Source of the DNA: Ostrea edulis
Lineage: Eukaryota
Assembly (NCBI RefSeq): GCF_947568905.1
Contig: NC_079165.1
Span: forward strand, 25,792,001 to 25,856,000
Direction: 5' to 3'
DNA length: 64,000 nt
Shown: piece by piece, positions 13,329 through 24,922 of the stretch
Numbering within the stretch: position 1 is the stretch's first letter
How the letters are laid out: every line of letters starts with the position of its first letter
Notes under the pieces: generated by a model
The model's input: the letters and a program-made list of their open reading frames with translations, nothing else
Database searches by the model: none
Told to the model about the DNA's origin: nothing
Translations under genes and position numbers: made by a program

Positions 13329-14465
13329 AACTTCCCCATATACTAAAGCTGACCATTAATGATTGAATAAGACTTGCCTATTGATTTACAATTTTATCTT
13401 CAAAGAAAGGAAGCTATATACATGTCACTGTTTCAACTCATAAAGAAAATGACAATTTATACGTAAGCATCACTTGCTACTAAGTTTGTTATTAGATCAA
13501 TTATTCATAACTTTTTATATGCATCATGGATTATTATATAATATGGAGAGAGTGCAGGTTAAAATGGTGCTATTTATAATAAATCTGGTTAATGCTCAAG
13601 TATGTATGCATGGAGAAAATTGATGCTCTGGAATTTCAGTTGTATCACAGCATAAATCTATAACATCACAGCAAGCTTATGAAAATGAACAATTATAACA
13701 ATTTTTAGTCACTAATATGAAAAAACCCTCTCAAAACTCTATCAATATCATTAAAACCACACCACTCCAAAGTAGTGCGCTGAAAATTTATCACAAGGAG
13801 AAAAAAATCAATGATCGCTTCATATTGTAAATTGTGCACAACATTTTTAGACTTGACTGCACTAAAAATATGTAGTTTTACTGATGTTCAGGAAATCCAC
13901 TTGTATTTGATTTCCTAAAAATCAATGAACTTTTTCAATATCAGAAAGTGATATTTCTAAAAAAAAAAAATGCAACAGAATATCAAAATTCTTAGTAACA
14001 ACATAATGATTATTAATTTCTACAGAATATATATCTTTACTTTTTTAATCCATAGATTTCTATTTTCATCACTTTGAAAGTATTTATACTTATAATAATT
14101 ACTTGTATTAGTCAATATTAAATCTGCAGAAGTGAATATGTTCCACGTACCTCAGGTATGCCTATAGAATGTATACTGTACTTATCATGTACATTTCAAT
14201 CAGAAAGTATGCATTCTTTAGAGAATATTACAGAATCATTTCGTTTATCAAATATACAAATTTCTGTTGCATGTATCATAACTCACTTAATTCTAGCTAA
14301 AACTGGGGAAAATTGTTTTAAAAATGTAATACATGTCTATCCACAAGAGGTGAAAATGATGATAATTTGTTAACACATTGAATCAACATATAATTTTTTT
14401 ATCATCCCCAGAAGCCTAAGTCATGACTTTGTTTTACAGTAATACAATAAGATGGGACCTAGATT

Positions 14466-15410
14466 TCACTTGCCAGCACCAGTTGCTGTACCAAAGTTCA
14501 AACTCACGCTATGGGACACGGAGCACTCTGGACATCGACAATCATTATGACAACACAATTGTCGCAGACCACGTCGAAAGTCTCGACTCCACAACAAATA
14601 CACAAAAAATTTGTAAAAGGAATTTCCAATCCCAAACCACAACAGATAAAAATGCACTGAATGTGGATAGTCAGATATTTTCTCAATAAACTCTCCATAT
14701 ATCTGAAGAACAAACCATGGGATCCATGCTATTAGAAAAATCATGGATATAATGAAGTTCATGAAGTAGTTATTTGGTCGTGAAGCTGTATCTACCAGAA
14801 TGGTTTGATACATATGTCTCTTTTTGCGGAATGACTTGGTAAAGAGGTATGCATTGGTAGACACCAAAGCGAAGAAAGCAGGCAAGATAACCAAAATCCC
14901 TGCTGTCACAAAGTATGGTTTGTGAGAGCCAGCATCAATGGAACACAGGAAAACCTCCTCATAATACTTGGCTTGTTTCTTGAAAGAGAAGAGAGTTGGG
15001 CTGCAGAAGCTGACAGCTCCAATCCAAACAAATATGATCCAGCATAGGGAACGGGCTGTTGTCATGGCAACCTTGTGTCGTTGTGGTTTTCTGATGGCAA
15101 GATAATGGTCCACATTGATCCATGCTAGGGAATACAAACCTGCGATGAAAAAAATGACCAAAAGGTAGGCCTCAATATGACAAAATTTCTCATCATTGAC
15201 AATCCACGAGTTGCTAAAGGAGCTGAAGACTGCAAATGGCGTAATGAAAACTCCAACACACAAGTCCGAGACTGTCAGTGAGGCAAAGTAAATTTTGTTG
15301 ATGTTACGAATGGATTCAGTCCACACAATGACGAGAAGAGTGAGAGTGTTGAAGCAAACAATGAGAGCTGTGAAGAATACTGTTACCAGGCTCTCAGCTT
15401 TGAACTCCAT
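14466..15410 (-). CDS. Class A (rhodopsin-like) orphan GPCR, GPR21/GPR52-like; 314 aa, single coding exon
   Basis: Seven hydrophobic segments; LTVSDLCVG (TM2), INVDHYLAIRKP (TM3), WIPW (TM6), WFGIGNSF..VY...DFRRGLRQL (TM7/helix 8). True ATG at 15410 (the ORF track starts at GTG 15413). Acceptor tttgcag at 15459-15453. Confidence 0.9.
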   Translation of the reverse strand: MEFKAESLVTVFFTALIVCFNTLTLLVIVWTESIRNINKIYFASLTVSDLCVGVFITPFAVFSSFSNSWIVNDEKFCHIEAYLLVIFFIAGLYSLAWINVDHYLAIRKPQRHKVAMTTARSLCWIIFVWIGAVSFCSPTLFSFKKQAKYYEEVFLCSIDAGSHKPYFVTAGILVILPAFFALVSTNAYLFTKSFRKKRHMYQTILVDTASRPNNYFMNFIISMIFLIAWIPWFVLQIYGEFIEKISDYPHSVHFYLLWFGIGNSFYKFFVYLLWSRDFRRGLRQLCCHNDCRCPECSVSHSVSLNFGTATGAGK

Positions 15411-15451
15411 CACCCTGGCAACGTCTCACTCCGACCTGATCTCAAGGTCAT
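15410..15451 (-). promoter_or_regulatory. Upstream ORF MTLRSGRSETLPG* whose TGA overlaps the GPCR ATG (TGATG)
   Basis: ATG at 15451-15449, one base after the acceptor; 14 codons; last stop base 15410 is the A of the main ATG. Confidence 0.6.
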
Positions 15452-17096
15452 GCTGCAAATCAAACAAAATAAATCTATTAGGAAAATTCATATCTTGAAT
15501 GTCTGCAATGCCATGTAAATTAAGCATTTCAGATTTGTAAACATGTTGCCTAAAGAGGGAGTATCATTAAAGCTTTTCTGGTATCTATAAAATCCCCTCC
15601 CCCCAAAGGAAAAGAAATAAAATAAATAATGAATCCCCCCCCCCCCCATAAAATCGGGATTTGAAATACATGACTGAAATTTTCTTGTCAGTACCTTTAT
15701 AAAACTGAAAATACAATGAGTCATTAACATGAATTATGTCTCAGAGGCTAATGAAATTAATTAATATAAAGCACTGACCATGTGGGACAAGGACAAAAGG
15801 TAGTGCTGTTTAATCACTCATATCGAGCACACTGACCACAATACATTTGTCTGTGCTCAGTGCAACATATAGGCATCTGACAAGCAAATTGCTTGTGTCT
15901 GCTCTCAATATTGTGAAACACATCAAACATTTTGTGATATCAGAAGTGAAACCTGTCTAATCTGACCATCACTAAGAGACAAGTCTTTTGTCAGAATACA
16001 GTGTGGTAGAATAAACAGAGTAAAATACAATGAAAATATGAAACTGAGAATAAAAATAAGGGTCGGAGTGTCCAGGGAAACAGATTACACAGGTATCGAA
16101 TTAGGCAGTTTTCACTGTACATTGTATTTGAAAGGATTTTATAAACATTTGTGGAATTCATCAACAAGTGTTTAATATTTAGAATAATGATCATGTATGA
16201 TAAAAATAACACACTTGTAGTACTGTATATACTTATTACAAACAGTCTAATAGTATACATTGTTATCACACAGTCTTATCTGAAATTTTAATTTTGAAAT
16301 GATATTGTGAGGAAAAATACTGAGGGCATACAAAAATAAACATAAAAATGTAAATAGAAATAAAAATCAAAGATTTTTTTTTCAATCTTTCCAATGACCC
16401 ATTACTGATTATGTACAAAACATTTATAATGGATAAATTTGGAACTGACATACAGATGTGTTGTAAATCTGTAAGTCCTAAACAGGGAAAAAGTTTCATG
16501 AATGAGGAAGGCTAAATTCCATGAATTACTAACATCTAAATAGAGCACTGCTACAGCTAGCTTCAGAGGACTTATCGAAAACAAAACTTAAAAATTCAGA
16601 GAAGATACTCAAGAGTCACTCCTCAAAGCAATTAAGATTTTGTGTTGAAAATTTATAAGGAACACATACATCAATAAATAAAATTCTGGGAAGAGTAAAT
16701 CCAACATCTAAATATATCACTGCTACAGTTTCATAGTACATAGTCATGCAGATGTCCAATAAAAACCTTTTGAAGATTCTTATGGTTTCATCCATATTGG
16801 GTTTTTGTAAAGATTCATAGACAAAATAAGACTCACTTTACTGAATAGAGATCACGCAGAAACAAACATTGTAATGTCATGGATATCAGATTTTGTTGAT
16901 AGCAGTTATGATTAGTATATTGCAAGACTTCTGAATTAATCTCCTGGACCAATGAAGGGTTATTTTAACATTAAACATAAAAATAAATATCTACTGTGCT
17001 GATTATACGCAACAGTATAAAGATAAATTGAATAACACATTATCATAGGATTGAATAAACCCAAGCTTTCTGACTGACCGAGATCCAAAATACCAG

Positions 17097-17666
17097 AACA
17101 AGAGACCCATGGGTCACATCACTCACCTTGGCCCATATTTAAAGATTTTCCCAATATATATTTGCATGTAAAACTTTGATCCCTACTGTGGCCCCAACTT
17201 AACCCCAAGGGCCATGATTTTTACAAACATGAATCTGCACTTAATGACAAGAAGCTTTCATGTAAATGTAAACTTTTCTGGCCCTGTGGTTCTTGAAAAG
17301 AAGATTTTGAAAGATTTTACCTATCTATTCACATGTAAAACTTTGATCCCCTATTGTGGCCCCAACTTAACCCTGGGGGCAATGATTTGAACAACCTTGA
17401 ATCTGCACTTTAATGTCAGGAAGCTTTCATGTACATTTCAGCTCTTAAATGACCCCACCCTATTTTTACATTTTTGTGATTATCTCCCCTTTGAAGGGGG
17501 CATGGCCCTTCATTTGAACAAACTTGAAAGCCCTTCACACTAAGATGTTTTTTTGCCAAGTTTGGTTGAAACTGGCCCAGTGGTTCTGGAGAAGAAGTCG
17601 AAAATGTGAAAAGTTTACTAACATGCAGACAGACGGATGACACACTAAGGATGATCAGAAAAGCTA

Positions 17667-17697
<31 letters not shown>
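17097..17697 (-). mobile_element. Helentron-type non-autonomous element with ~165-bp HindIII/Cg170-like tandem cores
   Basis: Reverse-complement homologue of 62361-62976: ttttagctcacctgagctgaaagctcaag terminus, cores containing aagctt, gacccatgggtc hairpin end. Confidence 0.8.
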
Positions 17698-17699
<2 letters not shown>

Positions 17700-20600
17700 A
17701 ATAGAACACTATTCACCTCCACATGCCTTCAAGGTGAATATAACATTTGAGTATTCCCGCATGAGACCAAATATAAATTGAATTCCTACATTAATAAGAT
17801 TGATTACTTTCGGTTGTCCAATAAAAATTTGCTTCTCTAATCAATTTTGATTCGGTCTTGCACTCTATCTGTATACAAAGATGGTCGATCAGGTATAGTT
17901 TCAATGTTTTGAATTATTCACTTATGTGACTGAAGACTGTTCGTTATCTTCACTTTTCATAATAAAATAATTATTGACATTTTCTTGGTCAGTATATATG
18001 ATGGATATGACGAATGATAAAAGTACAATATTTCATTTTCTAGAACTCTCTTATGCTCGCATTAGTCAACAAATTTGAACAGCTGTGGGGTTTTTCTTCA
18101 ACATAATCGATTGGATTGGCATTGAAATGTCAGCATTATTATTTAATGTGGTATTTTGATGTCAAACCAACTTTTTGAAGTTTATTATCAAAGCAAAATC
18201 ATGTTGTTTTGGATATAAACACATTTATATAATTAAAAGCAAACAACTTCAAAAAGAGAAGATGGCAATCATCCAAAAATTCATTAATTTATTTTATTTT
18301 AATCAATATAGGTTAATTCCATGGTTCTATAGAAATATTTACTTGTCTCAAATTCAATCCAAGATTCTGTGAGTTGTCAAATCCAAGGTACTTCCTGACG
18401 TGCTAGTACCAGCTTAGTGTCATTAAATTGTTTAATTGTACATCATCATCAAACACCATAATGCAATGTTCCATTTTTAAATCTGTGTAAATTAAATCTG
18501 TTCATATCTCGAAAAAAAGGGGGGAAAATAGATATATTTTCAGCAAAAGAATCACTGCCGGACAGCAATCAAAGTGGTATATATAGACAAATTCATTAGA
18601 AGCACGATCCTCACAATACACACACTATCGTAGCTTAATGGGTATACATGAACATGGATTTAACTTGCGATGGATCAATTTAATGACAAAAGTTATGACT
18701 TAATCCAACATAAAAAAAGCTTTGTTACTCTTGCTGAAAACCTAAAGGAAGACACCAAACAAAATAAGTTGTCCATTAAAAAATCAATGAGAAGTATTAC
18801 ATATCACATTTAAAATGAAATTCTTTCTCAGCAAAATTCATTTACTGTTAAATGCCAAGTTATTAATTGATAAAAACTGTACTAACTCACTAGATAGGAT
18901 ATTCTTTTTTTAATTTTGGAAGAAGGGCGGGGTATTCTTTTATTAATTTTGGAAGAAGGGCGGGGTGACAATTTCATTATTTTGAATCTTTGACAATAGT
19001 TTTATGAAATAATTATAATCCCTCCTCTTAACTTTAAATTTCACAAAAATCAATATATTTCAATGTGCAGCCCAGTTTTCACTGTTGACAAGTAGAAAGA
19101 AGATAATTTACTGCATAACTGATTCTCTCAGTCAGGCACTAAGGATTTACCAGAAGTTTGAAATAAAAGTTACATTAAAGTTGGCTCTTTCTTGATTTCA
19201 AGACCATAACAACAGAAAATACATTGTATAAATCATTCACTTTTATAGTTGATCAGTAATTGACTCCCAGGAATGTATTGTCAGGAGAGAGAATTAAGAC
19301 TCGATATAATTGTTGTGCATTGAATTGCCTTCCATATGGAGGTATAGACCTAAATATTCCACTGGTACAATAATACAAATGTATATAACTCTCATAACTG
19401 GGTATTAAATGAGTTTTAAAGTTGCACCATATCTCTTTAGACCTATCATCATTTCATAAATTTATATATTAAATAAGTGCCCCTTTTTCAATTTCCCCCC
19501 CATGTGTGCTTTATTGGAGAAATGATTCCTCTTCTCCTGCAATCGCACCCTTTAAACACTCCATTGTAAATCCCTTTCTGAACTAATTCATTATTACATA
19601 AAGTATTTTGTTAATCATTTCCCTGCGAGTGTGATCGGATGTTTCTGTAGGTTTCTGTTTCGTCACCCTGTGTTACTTACATGTATATAATGAAACATAT
19701 AAAAATGATACATCAAAGCAACCAAAAAAAAATAAATTCCAAAGGTTCAGAAACAGAGGCATTGTGTCACTAGCCACTTTAAGTTGTACAGTGCAGTAAA
19801 AACCACAGAGCCGATTCTGAACTCTTTAACACTTGATTTTTTTTCCCTGATGGAGAAAGTACTTGGACTTGGTTCCTCTTAATCTCTGTTTACATCAAAT
19901 CTCCCCAGAATTCTTAAAAACTCATCACAATGCACAACACAATCCCTCGGTACTTGACTGTGTGAGGTAAGGTATGCTGTTCATCAAACAATTGGAAGGA
20001 GAGCCCTAAATTATGACAAAGTATAGACTCATGTCTGTATAACCAAGCATTATTAGTTAAAAACAACTTATGTTATAGGTCTAATATTGATTATGAAAAA
20101 TATATAATATCCATGGCAACAAAAAAGCATCAGACAGCACATGTACTCTTCCGCAACTGAACACTGATTTCTAAAGTTTGCCATAAAATAATGCTTGTCA
20201 TAATATACATGTATATCATATGGCTTACAGCAACCAATGGGTATTGAATTCTAAGATTTGGGGGGGAGGGGGGGATATGTGTTCACACATGATTGCATAC
20301 ACTTTTTTAATTCTGTCTAAGTGTAGAGATTCATACACCTTCAAGTTTCAGAAATTGTTTACTCACAAGGTTAAGTTTATTCACACACTTGAATTTAAAT
20401 ATTCAAATTTTCTAGTAGTATAAGAATATGAAAAGGACATTTTTTGAAAATTTCTACTCTTTTAAGTTTTTTGTATTCCAAGTATTTTTGCCATGCAAAA
20501 GTCCATTTAAGTTCCTTAGTTAATATGATTTCTTTGCTTGTCACTTCATAAAGGCATTGAAAAAAAATGTCATTCATTTCAAAAACTATATAAAAAACTA

Positions 20601-20879
20601 AACTAGAGTGGGGTCAGAGTGACTAGAAAAAAACAAACAAGAACATATGTATCATATGTATCCCATAAGTATGATTAATAATGCAATCTGACACCCTAAA
20701 ACACTGAATGAAATATCAAACTAGTACGTGCTCCCTGCAATCAAATATTAAGGTGGCCGGGTTTTAAGTAAAATTAGGGTGCCACACTCGCACATAAGCA
20801 CACAAAGGAGGATGCTGGGAAGAATGGCAGGTATAAATTCCCAGTAAACAAAATGTGTGGTCTTTTCACTCCGAGTATA

Positions 20880-21046
20880 CAGTCTACTCCACTTATATTG
20901 AAGTCACTTATTTTAAACTGTCTGTTATATTGAAGTAAAAGTCAATCTCCAGTAACATCTAAGTTCAAAATTGGTTATATTGAACTTTGGATATAATGAA
21001 CAATTCAGGTTGGTCCCTTGAACTTCAATATATCCGGAGTAGACAG
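20880..21046. mobile_element. Tc1/mariner-type MITE
   Basis: TA-cagtctactcc ... ggagtagacag-TA (TIR 10/11). Confidence 0.65.
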
Positions 21047-23264
21047 TATAAAGAAGAATGACCATGCAAAGCATCTTAATGAATTGCTGTGATTGGTCAA
21101 GCTTGGCATGTGCGAAATTCCATGAAGAGTCAAAATAGTGGGAATACTTTGGAATACATAAAAATGTATCATAATAGGCAAGGGATATAACTCTTGCCTA
21201 CCAGACTTGATCAGATTTAAATCATAGAAATGTATTAAATTGGAAACATTTCTTCTAATTCCTTGAGAAATGTATTCATTCAATACTACAGTATATATTT
21301 AACATTTCAATGGGCATCGATCACTCTTTCATCTTATCTGAAAATATTTGTGTTAACCTATTTTCTTTTAAATTCTTTTGCAATGAATTTGATGTTGAAG
21401 CTATACGTTTGTCAAAATTACCGAACAGATTTCAAGATTGTTTGTTAATTATAGTATGAAAAATAAACCCATAATAATAATAATTAAATTCCCAATTTGA
21501 ATAAATTTTCTGTTTAAATTCATGGTCTATTTTATTGTACTGTCTCCCAATGCATTTTTTTTCCTACAAGTAATATACAGTATTTTTCAAAATGTAATCA
21601 AGGAATATAACTGTTAAGTTTGGGGTTTCCATGAGATACAGCCCTCTATTAATGAGAATTTAAAATATATCAAATTAACTTCACATAAAAAGCATATACA
21701 TTTACATTACAAGCTACAGGTTATCTTCAAATTCCCAACGTCATCTGTGTGAGTCATCACAACCAAACCACACTGATATCATAATGCAAATTTAACCAAT
21801 TACATTCAAGAAACCAGCCAGGCTATTTCCGTGGTTGTCGCATCATATTGACTCACATGTACAAGCATAGATAGTTGCAGGAAATCAAAATTTAATTAAT
21901 ACAAGGTTATTTGAATACTTTTGTCTGCAATCTGTTCTATGTAAAATGGAAAAAAAAAAAAATCCTGAGAATTGCTCAAAAAATATGAAATCATTATCTT
22001 TCTTCCCTGGGTTCATCTACTTCTCACCAGCATGTTGTTCAGGCAGGAATTGTGAACTATGAGGTTTTACCATACCAATCAGTACATCTAATAAAATTTG
22101 CTGTTGAAATGCTCATTTCAATGGATTTGAATAAGATTTTTTGAAAAAGAATTTTGAATTACTTTGCTATTTAACATCACACAAAATCATCTCCAGAGGA
22201 CATTGATTGCTTTAACAATTTAATCAATCATTTTGCTTGTGTAATATATAGTAAAAGTACACACAACCACATAAATTTGATTTCTCTGTCAGAACTATGG
22301 GGTTTTACCGTACCAATCATTACACAAGTAAGGAATAACATACCTAGCTCAGAATTATCAGAAATCAAGAATAGATATAATAAAACTGGTATTGCAAATC
22401 TAAAACTAATATACCTCTTATCATTATGTGGCAAAAATTTGCAATTTTAGTAAAACATCATTAATGAAAATTTAAGACCACTAGACTCGAACATTCAATC
22501 TATAAAACACTGACCTACTGTATAATGCTAACCTAATGTTTGAATGCCGGTCTAATACTTATCTATTGAGCCAACAAAACAAGTGATCTGTTTTCAAACG
22601 ATAAGAAAAAATATATTCCTGATTCCAATGGTATACTCCCGTTTGAAAATTGTGTCTATGTGTGCAATTCCTTCTTCATGCTCGTGAGCTTTCATGTGCC
22701 TCGTTACTATAGAGTGTTCTAAGGAACACATGTTGCTTGCAAAGATCTCAGTATCAATCATTTGTATACATTAAAAGTTCAGACCATCAGCGGCTATTGT
22801 ATACGTGAAAAAGAACACGTCAAGAATCAAACTCTTACCTCTTTCAGTTTGAAAGTTCTAAGGTGTGACAAGCCAGTAGACAAACAAACGTGTAGCTCTG
22901 TTTCTGCAGGCAACACAAAAATGAAACGTCCCCATAGTGACAGACGGATTGAGACATATTACACCAGATGAATTGTTCGCAAAAATCATTGCAAATGTGA
23001 GACTGGAAATACCCAAGTGAGACAGTCAAGGGAGTTTCCCTGCCTCACACCTCTACATCATCATTGATTATAACATCAGATATTCATTTTCTATACATTA
23101 TCAGGGTTGGTATATCATGGAAATTGGGAGTGGCATGAATGTGTTTTAAGATGATGCTCGACACCATGATTAAACACCATGTAAAGGAAAAAATTAAAAT
23201 TCGCCAATGTGACATCCCGCAAGGTTTGTACCCGCCATTGACATCCAATTGCCTCTCATACAGG

Positions 23265-23757
23265 ACATCACATAACTTAATCAGAACCAATCAAACTTCC
23301 ACATTTATTACAGTGTATCACATGACTTAATCAGAAACTATCAAATTTCCACATTTATTACAGTGTATCACATGACTTAATCAGAAACTATCAAATTTCC
23401 ACATTTATTACAGGACATCACATAACTTAATCAGAACCAATCAAACTTCCACATTTATTACAGTGTATCACATGGCTTAATCAGAACCAATCAAACTTCC
23501 ACATTTATTACAGTGTATCACATGACTTAATCAGAACCAATCAAACTTCCACATTTATTACAGTGTATCACATGGCTTAATCAGAACCAATCAAACTTCC
23601 ATATTTATTACAGTGTATCACATGACTTAATCAGAAACTATCAAATTTCCACATTTATTACAGGACATCACATGACTTAATCAGGACCTATCAAATTTCC
23701 ACATTTTAATATACAGTGTATCACATGACTTAATCAGAAACTATAAAATTTCCACAT
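23265..23757. repeat. 50-bp minisatellite, ~10 copies
   Basis: Unit acatgacttaatcagaaccaatcaaacttccacatttattacagtgtatc. Confidence 0.92.
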
Positions 23758-23818
23758 TTTTGTTCTAATGCTTTATTTATTTAAAGAGGATTGAAAACAG
23801 TCAGAGGGCTAGGAATAT

Positions 23819-23856
<38 letters not shown>

Positions 23857-23859
<3 letters not shown>

Positions 23860-24074
23860 CAATAAAAAAGCAGGGAAATATACAGTTCCAAAATATATTT
23901 AAATCACAAGCGCTTTCTGGATTTTAACATCCATCCTTATTAATTTGTATTCACCTGAGGATGGATGTTAAAATCCAGAAAGTGCTAGTGATTTAAATAT
24001 ATTTTGGAACTGTATATTTTCCCGCTTTTTTATTGAATTATTTTGACTGTGCGATATCAACTCTTTGTATTTGG

Positions 24075-24078
<4 letters not shown>
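23857..24078. mobile_element. Palindromic Penelope-like pLTR remnant inserted in (TA)n
   Basis: 81-bp inverted arms (23857-23937 and 23958-24038) plus a 40-bp tail, (TA)n on both sides; carries a hammerhead core. A shorter relative lies at 56797-56948. Confidence 0.7.
23951..23991 (+). ncRNA. Minimal type I hammerhead ribozyme motif (probably degenerate)
   Basis: UCAC-CUGAGGA-UGGAU(guuaaa)AUCCA-GAAA-GUGC-UA-GUGA: stem I UCAC/GUGA, 5-bp stem II, very short stem III, CUA cleavage triplet. Confidence 0.65.
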
Positions 24079-24136
<58 letters not shown>

Positions 24137-24541
24137 AAGCATAGAAAACAGAAAAGAACAAAGCATCAATACAATACCACAATGACAAATGAATTATGGG
24201 AAATCTCGATCACGTATTAAATTCTATACACCACATTTCTGTCTGAGGTAGAGTAGATTATGTTACATGGTGAAGCAAAATTTCTGCTGCTTTTGTCAGT
24301 GAGTTTCCTTTCCAATGACACTGTCTTGAGGACAATCATTTTTGGTAAGGGTGCTCTTTCTGAGTTTGAATTATAGCTTTCACATTCGAGTAAAAATCAT
24401 ATCAAGTAATTTCAAAATGTGAGAAAGATAATTTACTCATGTGGGTTAAGGAAATTCACAATCTAGAATCTTGGCAAAAATTACACTTTTCTTTAATGAA
24501 TTTCAAACAAGTAATTGATTATCATAATCATGCAAGTGTTA

Positions 24542-24922
24542 GGGGCAAGATCAAAAGATCAATGTTGGATAAAAATCTGAATTCAAATAGTTAGGGGCAG
24601 GGGGTAAAAACTCCTGTAAAATTTCTGTCATCTAACATTGCATGATTACACTTTAGTGGAAAAAAAAACCCAAGTGAATGTTAAAAACCATATATTACAT
24701 TTTAATGAACATTTAATAGTTTTTATTATGTACATTTTCATTTGTGAATAAATAGTAGAAAAGGTATTCAGAGTGTTATTTATACTTCAGAGTCTATATT
24801 TTTATTTGTTAATCAATTAGTTTCAGCATTCATCATATTAGTTTTAAGGGGGGTGAGTGGGTCTTGGTGAAAACTATGTGAATTTAGTTTTTTGTCAGAC
24901 ATTGAACATTTGATCTCACCCC
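24542..24922. mobile_element. MITE copy 1 (PIF/Harbinger-like)
   Basis: TTA-ggggcaagatcaaa ... tttgatctcacccc; homologous over ~380 bp to 31108-31490. Confidence 0.55.
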
